Positions 1-9,854 of a DNA stretch of 64,000 nt are shown one piece after another. The first letter of the stretch is position 1; the number at the start of each line of letters is the position of its first letter. The notes beneath the pieces were generated by a model, which was not told where the DNA came from, did no database searches, and worked only from the letters and a program-made list of their open reading frames with translations. A program made the translations under genes and the position numbers. This DNA is from a virus: IMG/VR virus record IMGVR_UViG_3300009285_000883, positions 7,639-71,638 of that record; one strand, given 5' to 3'.

Positions 1-79
1 CATGCTGGACGCTTCGAACAGACTCCGACTGCAGCACTAACGTCCCCTGTTCAACGTCCCTGCATCCAGCGTGTGTTTC

Positions 80-385
80 ATGCCAAAAGACGAGTGGGAA
101 GCAAAACGAGCCGATGACCTCGCCTGGAAGGTGACGGTCCTGGATCGCAAAGCTCTCAAACACATTCGCGCCACAATCTACGCCGACAAGAAACGCCTGC
201 AGTCACCCTCAACCGTCCTCTGGTTCGGCAAGTATCGCGGCCATTCCATCTCCACCATCCAACTCAAGGACCCCGCCTACCTGCAGTGGCTGTCCCACCA
301 ATCTATCGCCGACAGCAACTGGCAAATGCAAGCACTCGTTGCGTACCTTCGAAGGCTCCCTTCGAAGTCCAACATAGCCCCCTAA
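80..385 (+). CDS. Hypothetical protein with a C-terminal FGKY.G (DUF3820/ExoX C-terminal-like) motif
   Basis: Motif LWFGKYRGHSISTIQLKDPAYLQWL; start taken as ATG 80 (uncertain). Confidence 0.55.
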   Translation: MPKDEWEAKRADDLAWKVTVLDRKALKHIRATIYADKKRLQSPSTVLWFGKYRGHSISTIQLKDPAYLQWLSHQSIADSNWQMQALVAYLRRLPSKSNIAP

Positions 386-747
386 TGGGCAAGCCGGTGC
401 AGCCCGGTGCATGGGAGGGGATGAAGCCCCCGTCACAACCAACAAAGCTGCGCAAACCCGTGTCCACCAGTCCTAAGTCGGCGCGGCTGCACCTGGGTGA
501 ATCACAATCGCGGACTCCCAGTCGATGCAGAGGGTTTGTACCACCCACGGACCTGTGACGAGCAGGCTTCCGTGGGAGGGGTTTGGGGAGGGTGCCTCCT
601 AGCGAAGCGATTCCCCCGTCCGCTAGCGCGCAGCTCAATACGCCCTCCAACAAGGTCCGAGCAACGACCGCAACACGTGTGAACCGTCAAGCACCGGTTG
701 ACACTTCGAACTCCTCGAACAGTTCAACACCCAGCACCACACCAGAG

Positions 748-782
748 CACACCTCGAGCGCCGGCAACACACCTCGAGCGCC
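748..782. repeat. 15-bp direct repeat CACACCTCGAGCGCC, two copies
   Basis: Copies at 748-762 and 768-782. Confidence 0.8.
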
Positions 783-1122
783 ACACCCAAGACCCGGCAA
801 TCAGATAGTGCACCTGAGAACTGGCCGAGCTGGTAAAATAGGAAAGTTCCCAGTGAGGAAGGTCACTGATGCACGGTTGCCCGTGGGGACTGCCCCCCAT
901 CAAGCCTATGCCTCAAACGACGCAAGCCCCTACGCTGTAACGGTTTAGTTGCGGCTAACTATACAGCACAATCATACACCCTGCTACGGTGTTACGAAAA
1001 CCGCATGAATCAGCCCCAATCGTACTAGTTTGGGCCTTGTTTGCACTACGTATAGGGTATAGCTTGCATAGCCACCATAGCTAGTTCCTATGTCGTATAG
1101 TTCCTACCATAGCTCATAGCTT

Positions 1123-1136
1123 GGAACACGTGTTCC
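1123..1136. promoter_or_regulatory. 14-bp perfect palindrome GGAACACGTGTTCC, candidate operator
   Basis: Intergenic palindrome; the ACACGTGT core recurs about 10 times in the window. Confidence 0.45.
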
Positions 1137-1467
1137 GATTGTCTAGTCGGGCCCGTTCTGCGGTCGACCGATTGTCCCCCCTTGACTTTCGCGAGAATCG
1201 ACCGAATCGACGATAACCTCTTTCGCGGGCCCGTGTTGCGTCATGCGGGTCGACCTATCGTCCCCATGTGTCCACCAAAGGGCCCGATATCGTCCAAGAT
1301 TTTTTATCCTCTTCTGGGATAACGGCTTAGAATCGATTCGGCGAGAAATCCCGCAAACCGGGCTTGTGTCGGAAACTCACGACGCCGATGATAGGCGTGA
1401 CGGTCGATGACGGTTTGCGATGCGAGCGGTCGACCCGCCCCGATTTCTCTCACTGGAGATTCGAACT

Positions 1468-2049
1468 ATGGCTAATGCAACTGCATCCCGCCCCGCTTGT
1501 GTCGTCCTGACAAATGTCATGTCCTGCAGTCAAGTCCGTACGTTGTTGGACAATGGCCAAACTGACATAGACTCGTGTATCGTTTGGGCAAGTGAAACTA
1601 AACTCCCAGTTGGCGACGTAGTTACCTCGTTTGCGGGTATCTTTGATTCGGCCACTCTTGGTGCAGTGATTGGAGCCCAAACGGCATTCGCAATTGCAAG
1701 CGCCGTTAGCGCCGTCAAGCAATCAACTGCCCGAGGTATCACATGGAAAGTATCGAAGCGCGGTCTTATTAGTGTTTACGGTTTAAATGCTCGATTCCCT
1801 GTTAGCCTTTACCTTCCCCAATTGAAGCGCTTTGCTTCCAGCCTATTTGGGGTTGATGGCGACAAGTTTGATAAGACCCCTATCGGCGTATGGGCGGCAA
1901 CAAATCCCACTGAGGTATTCGCAACTGCCGATTATGAGTCCGAAGCTGATCAGACTTGGTTGCGTGATGCGCGGAGCGGGAAGTACGCCCACGTTATCGT
2001 GAAAGGCGATGGCGTTGCCGTATCGTTGTCCCTTGCCGCGCCAGAATAG
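1468..2049 (+). CDS. Hypothetical early protein containing a KVS.KG.+SVYG..RFPV.LY-type motif
   Basis: ORF with GGAGA RBS at 1455; motif recalled from small uncharacterised phage proteins. Confidence 0.7.
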   Translation: MANATASRPACVVLTNVMSCSQVRTLLDNGQTDIDSCIVWASETKLPVGDVVTSFAGIFDSATLGAVIGAQTAFAIASAVSAVKQSTARGITWKVSKRGLISVYGLNARFPVSLYLPQLKRFASSLFGVDGDKFDKTPIGVWAATNPTEVFATADYESEADQTWLRDARSGKYAHVIVKGDGVAVSLSLAAPE

Positions 2050-2090
2050 CTTTCCCCTGCACTCACTCTCTCACTTTGGAGATTAGATCT

Positions 2091-2321
2091 ATGTCACAAC
2101 TGCTAAGCCGAGAACAAAAGTTTTCAGTCGCGTCAATGCTTGCAACGAATACCCTTCAGCCTACGTTGAATCGACTACGTGCCGCATGCTTGGAACTTGG
2201 GATGGAAAGCGAACAATTTCTATCGTTTGCCATATTCGCCAATAAACGATATGCGAAGCGCGATGGATACATTCCCCCTGCAGTTGTCGCGATGATAAAC
2301 GACTCTGATTTGTTGCTCTAG
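2091..2321 (+). CDS. Hypothetical early protein
   Basis: GGAGA RBS at 2078, ATG 2091. Confidence 0.6.
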   Translation: MSQLLSREQKFSVASMLATNTLQPTLNRLRAACLELGMESEQFLSFAIFANKRYAKRDGYIPPAVVAMINDSDLLL

Positions 2322-2653
2322 CTTTCCCCCACCTATCGTCAACCAATTGCGAAGGGCCCGATTTTATGTCGGGCCCTTTGTGCGTTTCTTGGACAATCAA
2401 AGCCCCTGCCAATTGCCACATGTGACACTTGGTTGGCTCTTTGATAACCCGGACAATTACCCCCGAACTATCGGGCCCGTTCATGCTGCGCCATCGTGGT
2501 GCGTCATGGGTCGATTCGGTCGACCGGACCTAATCGGTCGATTCGGCGAGAACCGTCCTAGCATCGCCTAGAACGCGTTCGAATCGCTTGACCAGTCCGA
2601 ACACGTGGGAACACGTGAAAACGCGACAGACGCGAAGCTAGGGCCCTTGTGTC

Positions 2654-2687
2654 GGACGATTCCGACTGCAGGACGATTCCGACTGCA
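2654..2687. repeat. 17-bp tandem repeat GGACGATTCCGACTGCA, two copies
   Basis: Copies at 2654-2670 and 2671-2687. Confidence 0.85.
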
Positions 2688-2799
2688 AGTGATTCGGGCC
2701 CTTGCATGGTGGGCATGGTGGGGTGATTGCAGTGTAAGCGTAGGTACGTGTCACCCCTCACGTGCCGCCAGTTTGAGCGTAGGGGTTGGAGATTGTGTT

Positions 2800-2958
2800 A
2801 TGTCCGAGATTAGGACGCAACTAGCGTACCACACTGAGTGGTTGTCCAAGCTGCTGAGCTTTGGTTGTCCTCGCTGGAAACTAGAGCTTGTGAGTGTGGA
2901 GTTATCGGTGTGGGCCCAAGCATATGAGTGGGCCCAGTTTGATTCTGCGAATAGTTAG
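2800..2958 (+). CDS. Small hypothetical protein
   Basis: GGAGA RBS at 2788, ATG 2800. Confidence 0.5.
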   Translation: MSEIRTQLAYHTEWLSKLLSFGCPRWKLELVSVELSVWAQAYEWAQFDSANS

Positions 2959-3064
2959 AGCGTAGTTCTACGCTGGCAGGTTAGGCACGTTGTTTAGCCT
3001 GCCAGTGTGGGTGGGGTTGGTTTACGTGTGTTGATTGAGTGCCGCCAGACTAAGGGAGACAGAC

Positions 3065-3250
3065 ATGGACCCAGTAGCGTGCTTCAACGAATTGCATGAC
3101 TTGGTTGTGTGTGGCGAGTTTACGGAGGCAAGTGAGCGATTGCTTGACCTGCGTGAATGGCTTGAGCGTGGTGGCTTTATCCCAGAAGAGATTACGCATC
3201 GAGCGTGGGCCAGCCTATTAGCAAAGGCTCTTGCTCAACTTCCTGTGTGA
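3065..3250 (+). CDS. Small hypothetical protein (MDP...WL.RGGF.P type)
   Basis: GGGAGAC RBS, ATG 3065. Confidence 0.65.
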   Translation: MDPVACFNELHDLVVCGEFTEASERLLDLREWLERGGFIPEEITHRAWASLLAKALAQLPV

Positions 3251-3335
3251 TGCAGCCAGGACACATTACCAGCCATCTGCGTGTGGTGGCTGGACCTGTT
3301 ACCTGTTTCATCACTTCTGATTTGGAGACTGTGCT

Positions 3336-4253
3336 ATGCAAACGACAACGATGAACGCAATGGTAAGTGGCTGCCTTGTGTGGTGGGAGCCTAAGGCTGC
3401 TCCTGCCGCCAGACTGCGTGAGGCATTGGAGGCAATTGGCTTGGATGCCTTTGCCCCGAACGCTGAGAGTGTGGAGGCCAGTTTGAAGCATGCGTTGTCA
3501 GATTATGGCGATGTGCTTGCCAAGCTGAACCGAGGGAGCACAACCAATAGCGATGGTGACAAGGAGAAGCGTAAGTACGAGGTTAAGAGCAGGCTCAGCG
3601 CAGCAGATGATGGTTTCGAGCTGGTGGAGGTTACACGCCGCAAGGCTGGGAATGGCTACAGATGTGAGGTGGCTGTCAAGGTGGACAAGGTGACGGGTGG
3701 GCTTAGCGTGATTGACGGTTGGTTGTCAGGCTGGTCAGTGTGGGACTTGCAGGAACGCTTTGATGAGTACCGCAGTATGGCGACTGGCGCCAGTGTAGGT
3801 CGCTCGCTTGTTGAGTTGACCAAACATTTGCATGGCACGTGCGTCAGGTTGGGTGGGGGTGGGAACTATTACCTGCCTGAGGATGTGGTGGCACAGTGGT
3901 CCGACGTGATTGATGCGTATGAGAAGTGCAGCCAGACACGTGTTCAGCGGATGCGTGTGGTCATGGACGATCTGGCTGCTCGGGCTATCCGTGACGGTAT
4001 CACGGCTGAGCTGCTCAAGGATGGCGCTGAGGTGGCTGATGAGCTTGCCAAGGGTGATTGCAAGGAGGAGGTGATTGAGCGTCGTAAGCTGCGGAGCCAG
4101 GAGCTGCGTAGCAAGTGTCGCCAGTATGAGGAGATTCTGCAGGACACGCTTGTGTCGGTTCATGCTGTGCTTGATATGGCAGATCAGTGTGCGGCGGCAG
4201 CGATTGGTGTGCAGGAGTCTGGGACGGTGTTTGACGAGTCGTTGTTTGCTTGA
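3336..4253 (+). CDS. Conserved hypothetical protein of the type found upstream of AAA/VWA gene pairs
   Basis: 305-aa ORF, GGAGACT RBS, GG.YYLP motif, coiled-coil C-terminus, gene context. Confidence 0.75.
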   Translation: MQTTTMNAMVSGCLVWWEPKAAPAARLREALEAIGLDAFAPNAESVEASLKHALSDYGDVLAKLNRGSTTNSDGDKEKRKYEVKSRLSAADDGFELVEVTRRKAGNGYRCEVAVKVDKVTGGLSVIDGWLSGWSVWDLQERFDEYRSMATGASVGRSLVELTKHLHGTCVRLGGGGNYYLPEDVVAQWSDVIDAYEKCSQTRVQRMRVVMDDLAARAIRDGITAELLKDGAEVADELAKGDCKEEVIERRKLRSQELRSKCRQYEEILQDTLVSVHAVLDMADQCAAAAIGVQESGTVFDESLFA

Positions 4254-4350
4254 TGGTGCCTGACTGAGCCAAGCGAACGCTGCCTGTGCTTGAAGGCAGG
4301 CAGCGCTGCTTGTTTCTGTTTGGTTCTGTTTTCCTTCACTGAGGAGACTG

Positions 4351-5481
4351 ATGATGCGTTACGTGAATTGGGGCGCAGCGATTGCGCTACAGACAACCCC
4401 GTTTGGTGGGCCCGTGCCTTGCGTGGTAGGCGCGCCGGGTCAGGCTAAGACGGCGTATGGCAGAGCTGTGTCTGCCGCCAGTGGTCGACGTTTCATCCAG
4501 ATGATTCTCAGGCAGATGATGCCTGAGGATATCAAGGGTGTGCCATCACCTGATGACATTGTGATTGATGGCAAGGTGTACCGTGGCTGCCGTTACCTGC
4601 TCAATGAGGACATGCTGGCAGCCAAGCACACGCCCAGTTTTGTGCTGATTGACGAGTTCAATCAGTCTGGTGACGACGTGTTGGGTGCAGCGCAGGAGTG
4701 GATTAACAGCCCGCCCGAGACTGCCTGGGTGATGGCTGCCATGAACCCTGTGGAGATGAGCACTGCGGGACGTGAGTTAGCGCCGCCAGTGGTCAACCGC
4801 ATGTGCATCCTGCCTTGGGAGCGGTTGATTGTCACACGCCGTGCAGGCTGGCTGCGTGGGTTTAAGAACTACCCATGCCCTGAGTTCCCTATCGTGCCGC
4901 TTGATTTCCAAGACACGATGGGCCCTGCTTGGGGCCAAGTCATGTGTGACTTCGAGGATGACAACACCGAGCTGTTTGGGGACGACGCATTCCCCAAGGA
5001 TATCAACCTTGCGTGCAATCCTTGGCCGAGCGAGCGATCGTGGGAACACGTTGGAATCTTGATGGCAGCCTGTGATGCGGTGGGGGCTGGCAACGACGTG
5101 AAGGCTCAGCTTGTGTCAGGATGTGTGGGTGAAGCGGCCATGCGTAAGTTCATGCTGCATCTCACGCATCGGGGGCTGCCAGACTTCGAGACGCTGTTGG
5201 CGATGCCGCACACGCTGAAGCTGGATGTGACACGTTACGATCTGTCGCGTGCGATTCTGACAGGCGTGATTGGCCGGGTGAACGCTGAGCAGACTCCCCA
5301 ACGCTGGGAGGCTGCGTGTGACGTGATTGAGAAGGCGAGTGAGCAGTCAATGGAGACTGCCGCCACGGTGTACGGTGGGTTGATGAAGGCGAAGCCGCAA
5401 GGTTACATGCCACGCTCACGCAATGGGCAGTGGAAGGATCTGCAAGGGCTCATGCTGAATGACGCTCACAAGCAGGCGTGA
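4351..5481 (+). CDS. MoxR-like AAA+ ATPase
   Basis: Walker A GAPGQAKT, Walker B VLIDEFN, AAMNP sensor, PVVNR Arg finger, PSERSWE motif. Confidence 0.85.
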   Translation: MMRYVNWGAAIALQTTPFGGPVPCVVGAPGQAKTAYGRAVSAASGRRFIQMILRQMMPEDIKGVPSPDDIVIDGKVYRGCRYLLNEDMLAAKHTPSFVLIDEFNQSGDDVLGAAQEWINSPPETAWVMAAMNPVEMSTAGRELAPPVVNRMCILPWERLIVTRRAGWLRGFKNYPCPEFPIVPLDFQDTMGPAWGQVMCDFEDDNTELFGDDAFPKDINLACNPWPSERSWEHVGILMAACDAVGAGNDVKAQLVSGCVGEAAMRKFMLHLTHRGLPDFETLLAMPHTLKLDVTRYDLSRAILTGVIGRVNAEQTPQRWEAACDVIEKASEQSMETAATVYGGLMKAKPQGYMPRSRNGQWKDLQGLMLNDAHKQA

Positions 5482-5570
5482 TTTCACGAGCGACGGCCCG
5501 ACACTCAGCCTGTGCTTGGGGCAGGCTGAGACTCGGTTTGTTTCTCACTCACTCAGTGGAGGCTCTGATT

Positions 5571-7130
5571 ATGGGCAAGCTCAAAGTACCGATTGAGCTA
5601 TCGGAGGCACGTTTAGCAGCGTGTCGAGTGTGGCCTGAAGCGTCACACGTGATTATGAGCATGGTTCCGGTTGAATCACCGGGGCTGGCGCAGCGGGCAG
5701 CAGGCTCGATCTGCGTGGACCAGTATTGGCGACTGTACTTTGACCCCCAAGCATTCTTGGAGCGGTCAGTGGTGCAGCGTATCGCCACGATATTGCATGA
5801 GACGGCGCATCTGCTTGGGCGGCATCATGTGCGTGCCAAGCGGTACGTGGCGCCAGACGATCGGCAGGCATGGTTTGATTGGAACTGTGCTTGTGACATG
5901 GCAGTGTGGGGCCTGATTAAGGCTGCTGGGATGCCTGTGCCTGAGACGGCTGTGACGGCTGAGCGGGCAGGCTTCTCTGAGAATCTGTCTGCGGAGCAGT
6001 ATTTCAGGCTGATCCGAGACAAGCGTGAGCAGGAGCGTCAGCAGGCTCAGGAGCAGGCTGAGCAGGATGAACAAGAGAACCAAGGAGACAGCGATGGTAA
6101 CGACAGCCAAGAGCCTGACGATGGAGATGGAGCTGGAGATTCTCAAGCGTCAGATGAAGACAGTGATCAGTCAGATGATCAGTCTGAATCAGACAGTCAG
6201 GGAGATCAGGCTGGAGAGTCAGGAGAAGGCCAGTCTGACGACGGATCAGATTCGGACGCTGGATCGCAGGATGACGCTGACGAGTCAGGCAGTGACAGCG
6301 ATGACGGATCAGATGGTGGAAACGCTGGAATGCCTCAGCCAGGAGCCGGGGTAGAGGGTGGGTCGTGCGCTGATGGGGTGGCCCGAGACTGGGAGCTGCC
6401 TGCGCCTCAGGGTGATGACAGCGCCGCCAGTCAGGCTGACAAGCAGGAGGACACGCCTCCTGTGGTCGAGCAGTGGAAGCAGGAGATTCTGCTGCGTAAC
6501 GCTGCCGATCGGTTGGCTGCCAGTGGTAAGGGCAGTGGCTCAGGCATGTGGCGTGAGATGGTCGAGCACTATCAGGAGCCTAAGCTGGACCCGCGCAGGC
6601 TGTTGCAGAAGACGCTGAGCAGGCAGCTTGGCAACTTGCAGGCTGGGTGTGGCCGGTTCACGTATCGTCGACCAGCGCGCCGCCCTTCTTTGGGTGGCAC
6701 ACTCAGGCCGCGCAGCTTTCAGCCTGTGCCAAGGATTCTGGTCATCATCGACACGTCAGGCAGCATGAGCAGCGAGGAGATGCGTCTGGGCGTGGGGCTC
6801 GTGAGCAAGTGCATCAACGCGCTCAGGCTGCAAGACGGTGTGCGTGTCATGGCTGGCGATGACATGGCGCAGTGGGACGAGCAATGCTTCAACCCGCGTC
6901 ACATCAGCCTGATCGGCGGGGGTGGGACGGACATGGCTTGTCTGATCGAAGCTGCCGCCAGCAAGCCTCAGCGTGAGCGTCCCGAGCTGATTGTGGTTGT
7001 TACGGACGGAGAGACAGGGTGGCCGAAAACACGTGTTGCGATGCCTGTGGTGGTGGCGCTGACACGTGATTCGGAGTATGCCCGATTCTTCCCGGTGCCT
7101 GACTGGATGGAGAGTGTCAAACTTTACTAA
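5571..7130 (+). CDS. Metallopeptidase (HExxH) plus VWA domain protein, DUF2201-like
   Basis: ILHETAH zinc motif, WNCACD, acidic linker, MIDAS motif IIDTSGSM, GGGGTD, VVTDG; GGAGG RBS before ATG 5571. Confidence 0.85.
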   Translation: MGKLKVPIELSEARLAACRVWPEASHVIMSMVPVESPGLAQRAAGSICVDQYWRLYFDPQAFLERSVVQRIATILHETAHLLGRHHVRAKRYVAPDDRQAWFDWNCACDMAVWGLIKAAGMPVPETAVTAERAGFSENLSAEQYFRLIRDKREQERQQAQEQAEQDEQENQGDSDGNDSQEPDDGDGAGDSQASDEDSDQSDDQSESDSQGDQAGESGEGQSDDGSDSDAGSQDDADESGSDSDDGSDGGNAGMPQPGAGVEGGSCADGVARDWELPAPQGDDSAASQADKQEDTPPVVEQWKQEILLRNAADRLAASGKGSGSGMWREMVEHYQEPKLDPRRLLQKTLSRQLGNLQAGCGRFTYRRPARRPSLGGTLRPRSFQPVPRILVIIDTSGSMSSEEMRLGVGLVSKCINALRLQDGVRVMAGDDMAQWDEQCFNPRHISLIGGGGTDMACLIEAAASKPQRERPELIVVVTDGETGWPKTRVAMPVVVALTRDSEYARFFPVPDWMESVKLY

Positions 7131-7145
7131 GAACAGGGTAATACG

Positions 7146-7310
7146 ATGGACAGATACTTTGTCGAGCATACAGAAGCAGACCAAGATGATCAGACGCTCT
7201 ACACGTTCATGTGCGAGGCTGGTGATCCAGACCATGCAGAACGTCAATGCAAAGCAGCGCACCCAGGGTGCAACGTGACCAGGGTGTACTTGGCGTCGAG
7301 TGTTTTCTGA
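7146..7310 (+). CDS. 54-aa hypothetical protein (not in the ORF track)
   Basis: Hand translation MDRYFVEHTEADQDDQTLYTFMCEAGDPDHAERQCKAAHPGCNVTRVYLASSVF; fills the gap between genes. Confidence 0.6.
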   Translation: MDRYFVEHTEADQDDQTLYTFMCEAGDPDHAERQCKAAHPGCNVTRVYLASSVF

Positions 7311-7394
7311 GCCGGGCCCCTGCTACCCGCCAGTGCTTGTGGCTGGCGGGGTGTTGGTGTTCGTTTCACTGGTCACTGTTTTGGAGACTGAATC

Positions 7395-7733
7395 ATGGGT
7401 TACGAGATGAAGCGTGCGCGTCTTAACTGCGATGCCAAGGCGATTGCTGAGGGGTTGGTCAAGCTGATGGAGGAAGAGGACCCCAACAACGTGGCGTTGA
7501 TTCGATTCGGGATGCTGCCAGCGCAGTGGATGGACCGCGTTAAGAAGTCATGCCAGGAGCTGCTTGTTGACAGGCTGCACGTGAATCCTCGCGCCGATCA
7601 GGAGGTAGTCACGTTCGCCGATAAGGACGAGCGTGGCGAGTGGATCGTAGTAGTGCATCCCAAGAAGATTGTGTCGGAGATGGTGCACGATATCAGTCTG
7701 GCGTTGTATGGGTGCGTTGAGATGGTCGTTTAG
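7395..7733 (+). CDS. Hypothetical early protein
   Basis: GGAGACTGAATCATG start. Confidence 0.7.
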   Translation: MGYEMKRARLNCDAKAIAEGLVKLMEEEDPNNVALIRFGMLPAQWMDRVKKSCQELLVDRLHVNPRADQEVVTFADKDERGEWIVVVHPKKIVSEMVHDISLALYGCVEMVV

Positions 7734-7740
7734 TAGGGGA

Positions 7741-7890
7741 ATGAGCATGGATATGACACTGAAACAAGCTGTGACGTTAGTCCTAGAAATGGCACGAGAC
7801 TGTGCCGACACAGGAGTCGAGGAACAAGCTATCGATCAGGTTGGAGAGTTCTTTAAGGACTACTTCCGCAACTACCCTGATCACGATTGA
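7741..7890 (+). CDS. Small hypothetical protein
   Basis: AGGGG RBS; fits operon spacing. Confidence 0.5.
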   Translation: MSMDMTLKQAVTLVLEMARDCADTGVEEQAIDQVGEFFKDYFRNYPDHD

Positions 7891-8013
7891 CACGTGTTCC
7901 GATCAACCAGCCGTGCCGCCACAATGGCAACCAAGCTCATTGAGCAACGGGACGACAGTGGCACACGGCTGGCTATCGGGTTTCGTGTTTTCACTCTCAC
8001 TAAGGAGACTGTT

Positions 8014-8310
8014 ATGTCACACACACCGGGACCGTGGTTCAACGACGAGTATTTTGTCAGGGTCATCAAGCCCGAGCGTGAGTACCTTGGAGCAGGAGCT
8101 GCAGAGACAATCTGCGAGATGCAGTCGTCTGTCAGTCCTGAGGAGACTTGTTACAACCAGATTTTAATTGCCGCAGCGCCAGACCTACTCGAAGCTGTGC
8201 AGGAGTGCATGCGACGATTTAAGCACTTCGAGTTCTACGAGGATGAGGCATCGTCGATCTGCAAGATACTGCGCCCTGTCATCGCTAAGGCGACAGGGGG
8301 TGCAGTATGA
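8014..8310 (+). CDS. Phage hypothetical protein of the HTPGPW...LIAAAPDLL type
   Basis: MSHTPGPW and LIAAAPDLLEA motifs; AAGGAGACT RBS. Confidence 0.8.
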   Translation: MSHTPGPWFNDEYFVRVIKPEREYLGAGAAETICEMQSSVSPEETCYNQILIAAAPDLLEAVQECMRRFKHFEFYEDEASSICKILRPVIAKATGGAV

Positions 8311-8717
8311 GCGCCAAGACAGTGTTTGCCTGCACGCACATTGATAAAGACGCGACCGTGGACAACTGGGAAACTGGTTGTCGCATCGACCGAACATGTG
8401 TGATGAGCGAATCAGTCAACTACACGGCTGACACGCTGGAGAACCTCGTCAAGAAGGTGTGCGACGTGTACGGGCTGGATTTCCCGACTCACGTGTCGCA
8501 CGACGAGGTGTACGATGCGAACGACAGCATCAACGTGATTCAATTCGACAGACTGGAGACCGCCAGCGGCGACGTTCCTACCGAAGAGGAAATCGCTCGG
8601 TGGAAGGATGGTCGGCTTGAGTTGTACGTCGCAGATTACACACTGCACGTTGAGAAGCGGCGAGTCGAGAACGTGACAATCAACGACGTGGAGGGGCTGC
8701 CATGCGACGTTGCCTGA
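8307..8717 (+). CDS. Hypothetical protein
   Basis: ATGA overlap with the upstream gene. Confidence 0.7.
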   Translation: MSAKTVFACTHIDKDATVDNWETGCRIDRTCVMSESVNYTADTLENLVKKVCDVYGLDFPTHVSHDEVYDANDSINVIQFDRLETASGDVPTEEEIARWKDGRLELYVADYTLHVEKRRVENVTINDVEGLPCDVA

Positions 8718-8825
8718 TCCTGCTGGCCTGCCTGTTGTGTTGTGCTGGGTGCATTCATGGGCGGACGACGCTCTGCGCCAGCACGACGATTGACGACGTG
8801 GACTACCGCTTTGAGTGGAGTACGG

Positions 8826-9116
8826 ATGATGTCATACGACACGATGTGCCGCCGCGCCGCTAAGATTGCGGCCAAGTACAACTGGCCTGCTGAGGCTGAG
8901 CAGTTGGCGGAAGGACACGTGCCGCCAGGGTTTGGCCGGGAGGTGGGCCAGACGATTGCCTTGTTCAAGCGGGACTTCCCGTTTGGCCGGGCCGAGCGTA
9001 AGCGTGACGACGAGATCGCCCGTGAGTTGTCGGAGCTGCGCATGTACTGTGCGCACCTCAGCTTGTGGGAGTTGATGGGTTCGGAAAAGGTACTGCAGCG
9101 AGGGGACATGGCGTAA
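8826..9116 (+). CDS. Hypothetical protein
   Basis: GGAG RBS, ATG 8826. Confidence 0.55.
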   Translation: MMSYDTMCRRAAKIAAKYNWPAEAEQLAEGHVPPGFGREVGQTIALFKRDFPFGRAERKRDDEIARELSELRMYCAHLSLWELMGSEKVLQRGDMA

Positions 9117-9208
9117 GGAGTAGCCCCGGCGAACCAGCACGTGCTCTTGGCGTGCTGGCTGCCAGCATTACTTTGGGACCGCCAGACTGAACACTTGGAG
9201 GACTTGGT

Positions 9209-9508
9209 ATGAACTGCACGCGATGTGACGGAACTGGATTCCTGAACTTGCATCAGGTGGACAAGGAGACTTTGGCCCGCTTTGATGCGGAGGGCGATGC
9301 GGACGTGATCCTTAAATGGATCGCTGACAGGGCCGAGGTGCAAGCAAACGGCTGCTACTGCGCCGCTACTCACCCACCTTGTCTGTATTGCGAGTCGTTT
9401 CACGACGTGTCGGTGTGTGACTGCTGTGGGGATGGCGAGGACTGGTACGGGGAGCCTGGACGGCACGACCTGAGCGACACGACAGTCCCGTTCCCGCAGT
9501 GCTATTGA
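9209..9508 (+). CDS. Cys-rich, zinc-finger-like protein
   Basis: CTRCDGTG and CDCCGDG motifs; GGAGG RBS. Confidence 0.7.
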   Translation: MNCTRCDGTGFLNLHQVDKETLARFDAEGDADVILKWIADRAEVQANGCYCAATHPPCLYCESFHDVSVCDCCGDGEDWYGEPGRHDLSDTTVPFPQCY

Positions 9509-9517
9509 TGACCGCCA

Positions 9518-9531
9518 GAAACACGTGTTTC
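9518..9531. promoter_or_regulatory. 14-bp perfect palindrome GAAACACGTGTTTC, candidate operator
   Basis: Intergenic palindrome with the same core as 1123-1136. Confidence 0.45.
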
Positions 9532-9607
9532 AACTGCCGCGTGGCAGGGGTATATTGCTTCGTGGTCGCAGCGTGCGGCCACATCACTTTCTTAGGGGAG
9601 ACTTTCA

Positions 9608-9817
9608 ATGTCTAAATTCCATGAACTGACGTTTGAGACGCCTGAGCGGAACAAGGGCCAGATCGTCACGTACAGTTACGCCACGACTCCGCGCGGCGCA
9701 GTCATCGAATGCCGCCACGACGGGTGCGACAACTCGGTCCACTACTACTGGCGGAAGTCGGGGAACCGATTGACAGAGTCGGAGTTGGCACGATACGGAC
9801 TGGTCGAGCGCGGTTAG
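9608..9817 (+). CDS. Hypothetical protein
   Basis: GGGGAGACT RBS. Confidence 0.65.
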   Translation: MSKFHELTFETPERNKGQIVTYSYATTPRGAVIECRHDGCDNSVHYYWRKSGNRLTESELARYGLVERG

Positions 9818-9854
9818 GCTACCTACTTACCACTTTCTTTGGGGAGACTGAATC

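Noticed and set aside
2570-2595. tRNA-like GTTCGAATC...CCA
   Set aside because: T-stem pairs only 3 bp, and no acceptor, anticodon or D arm could be built.
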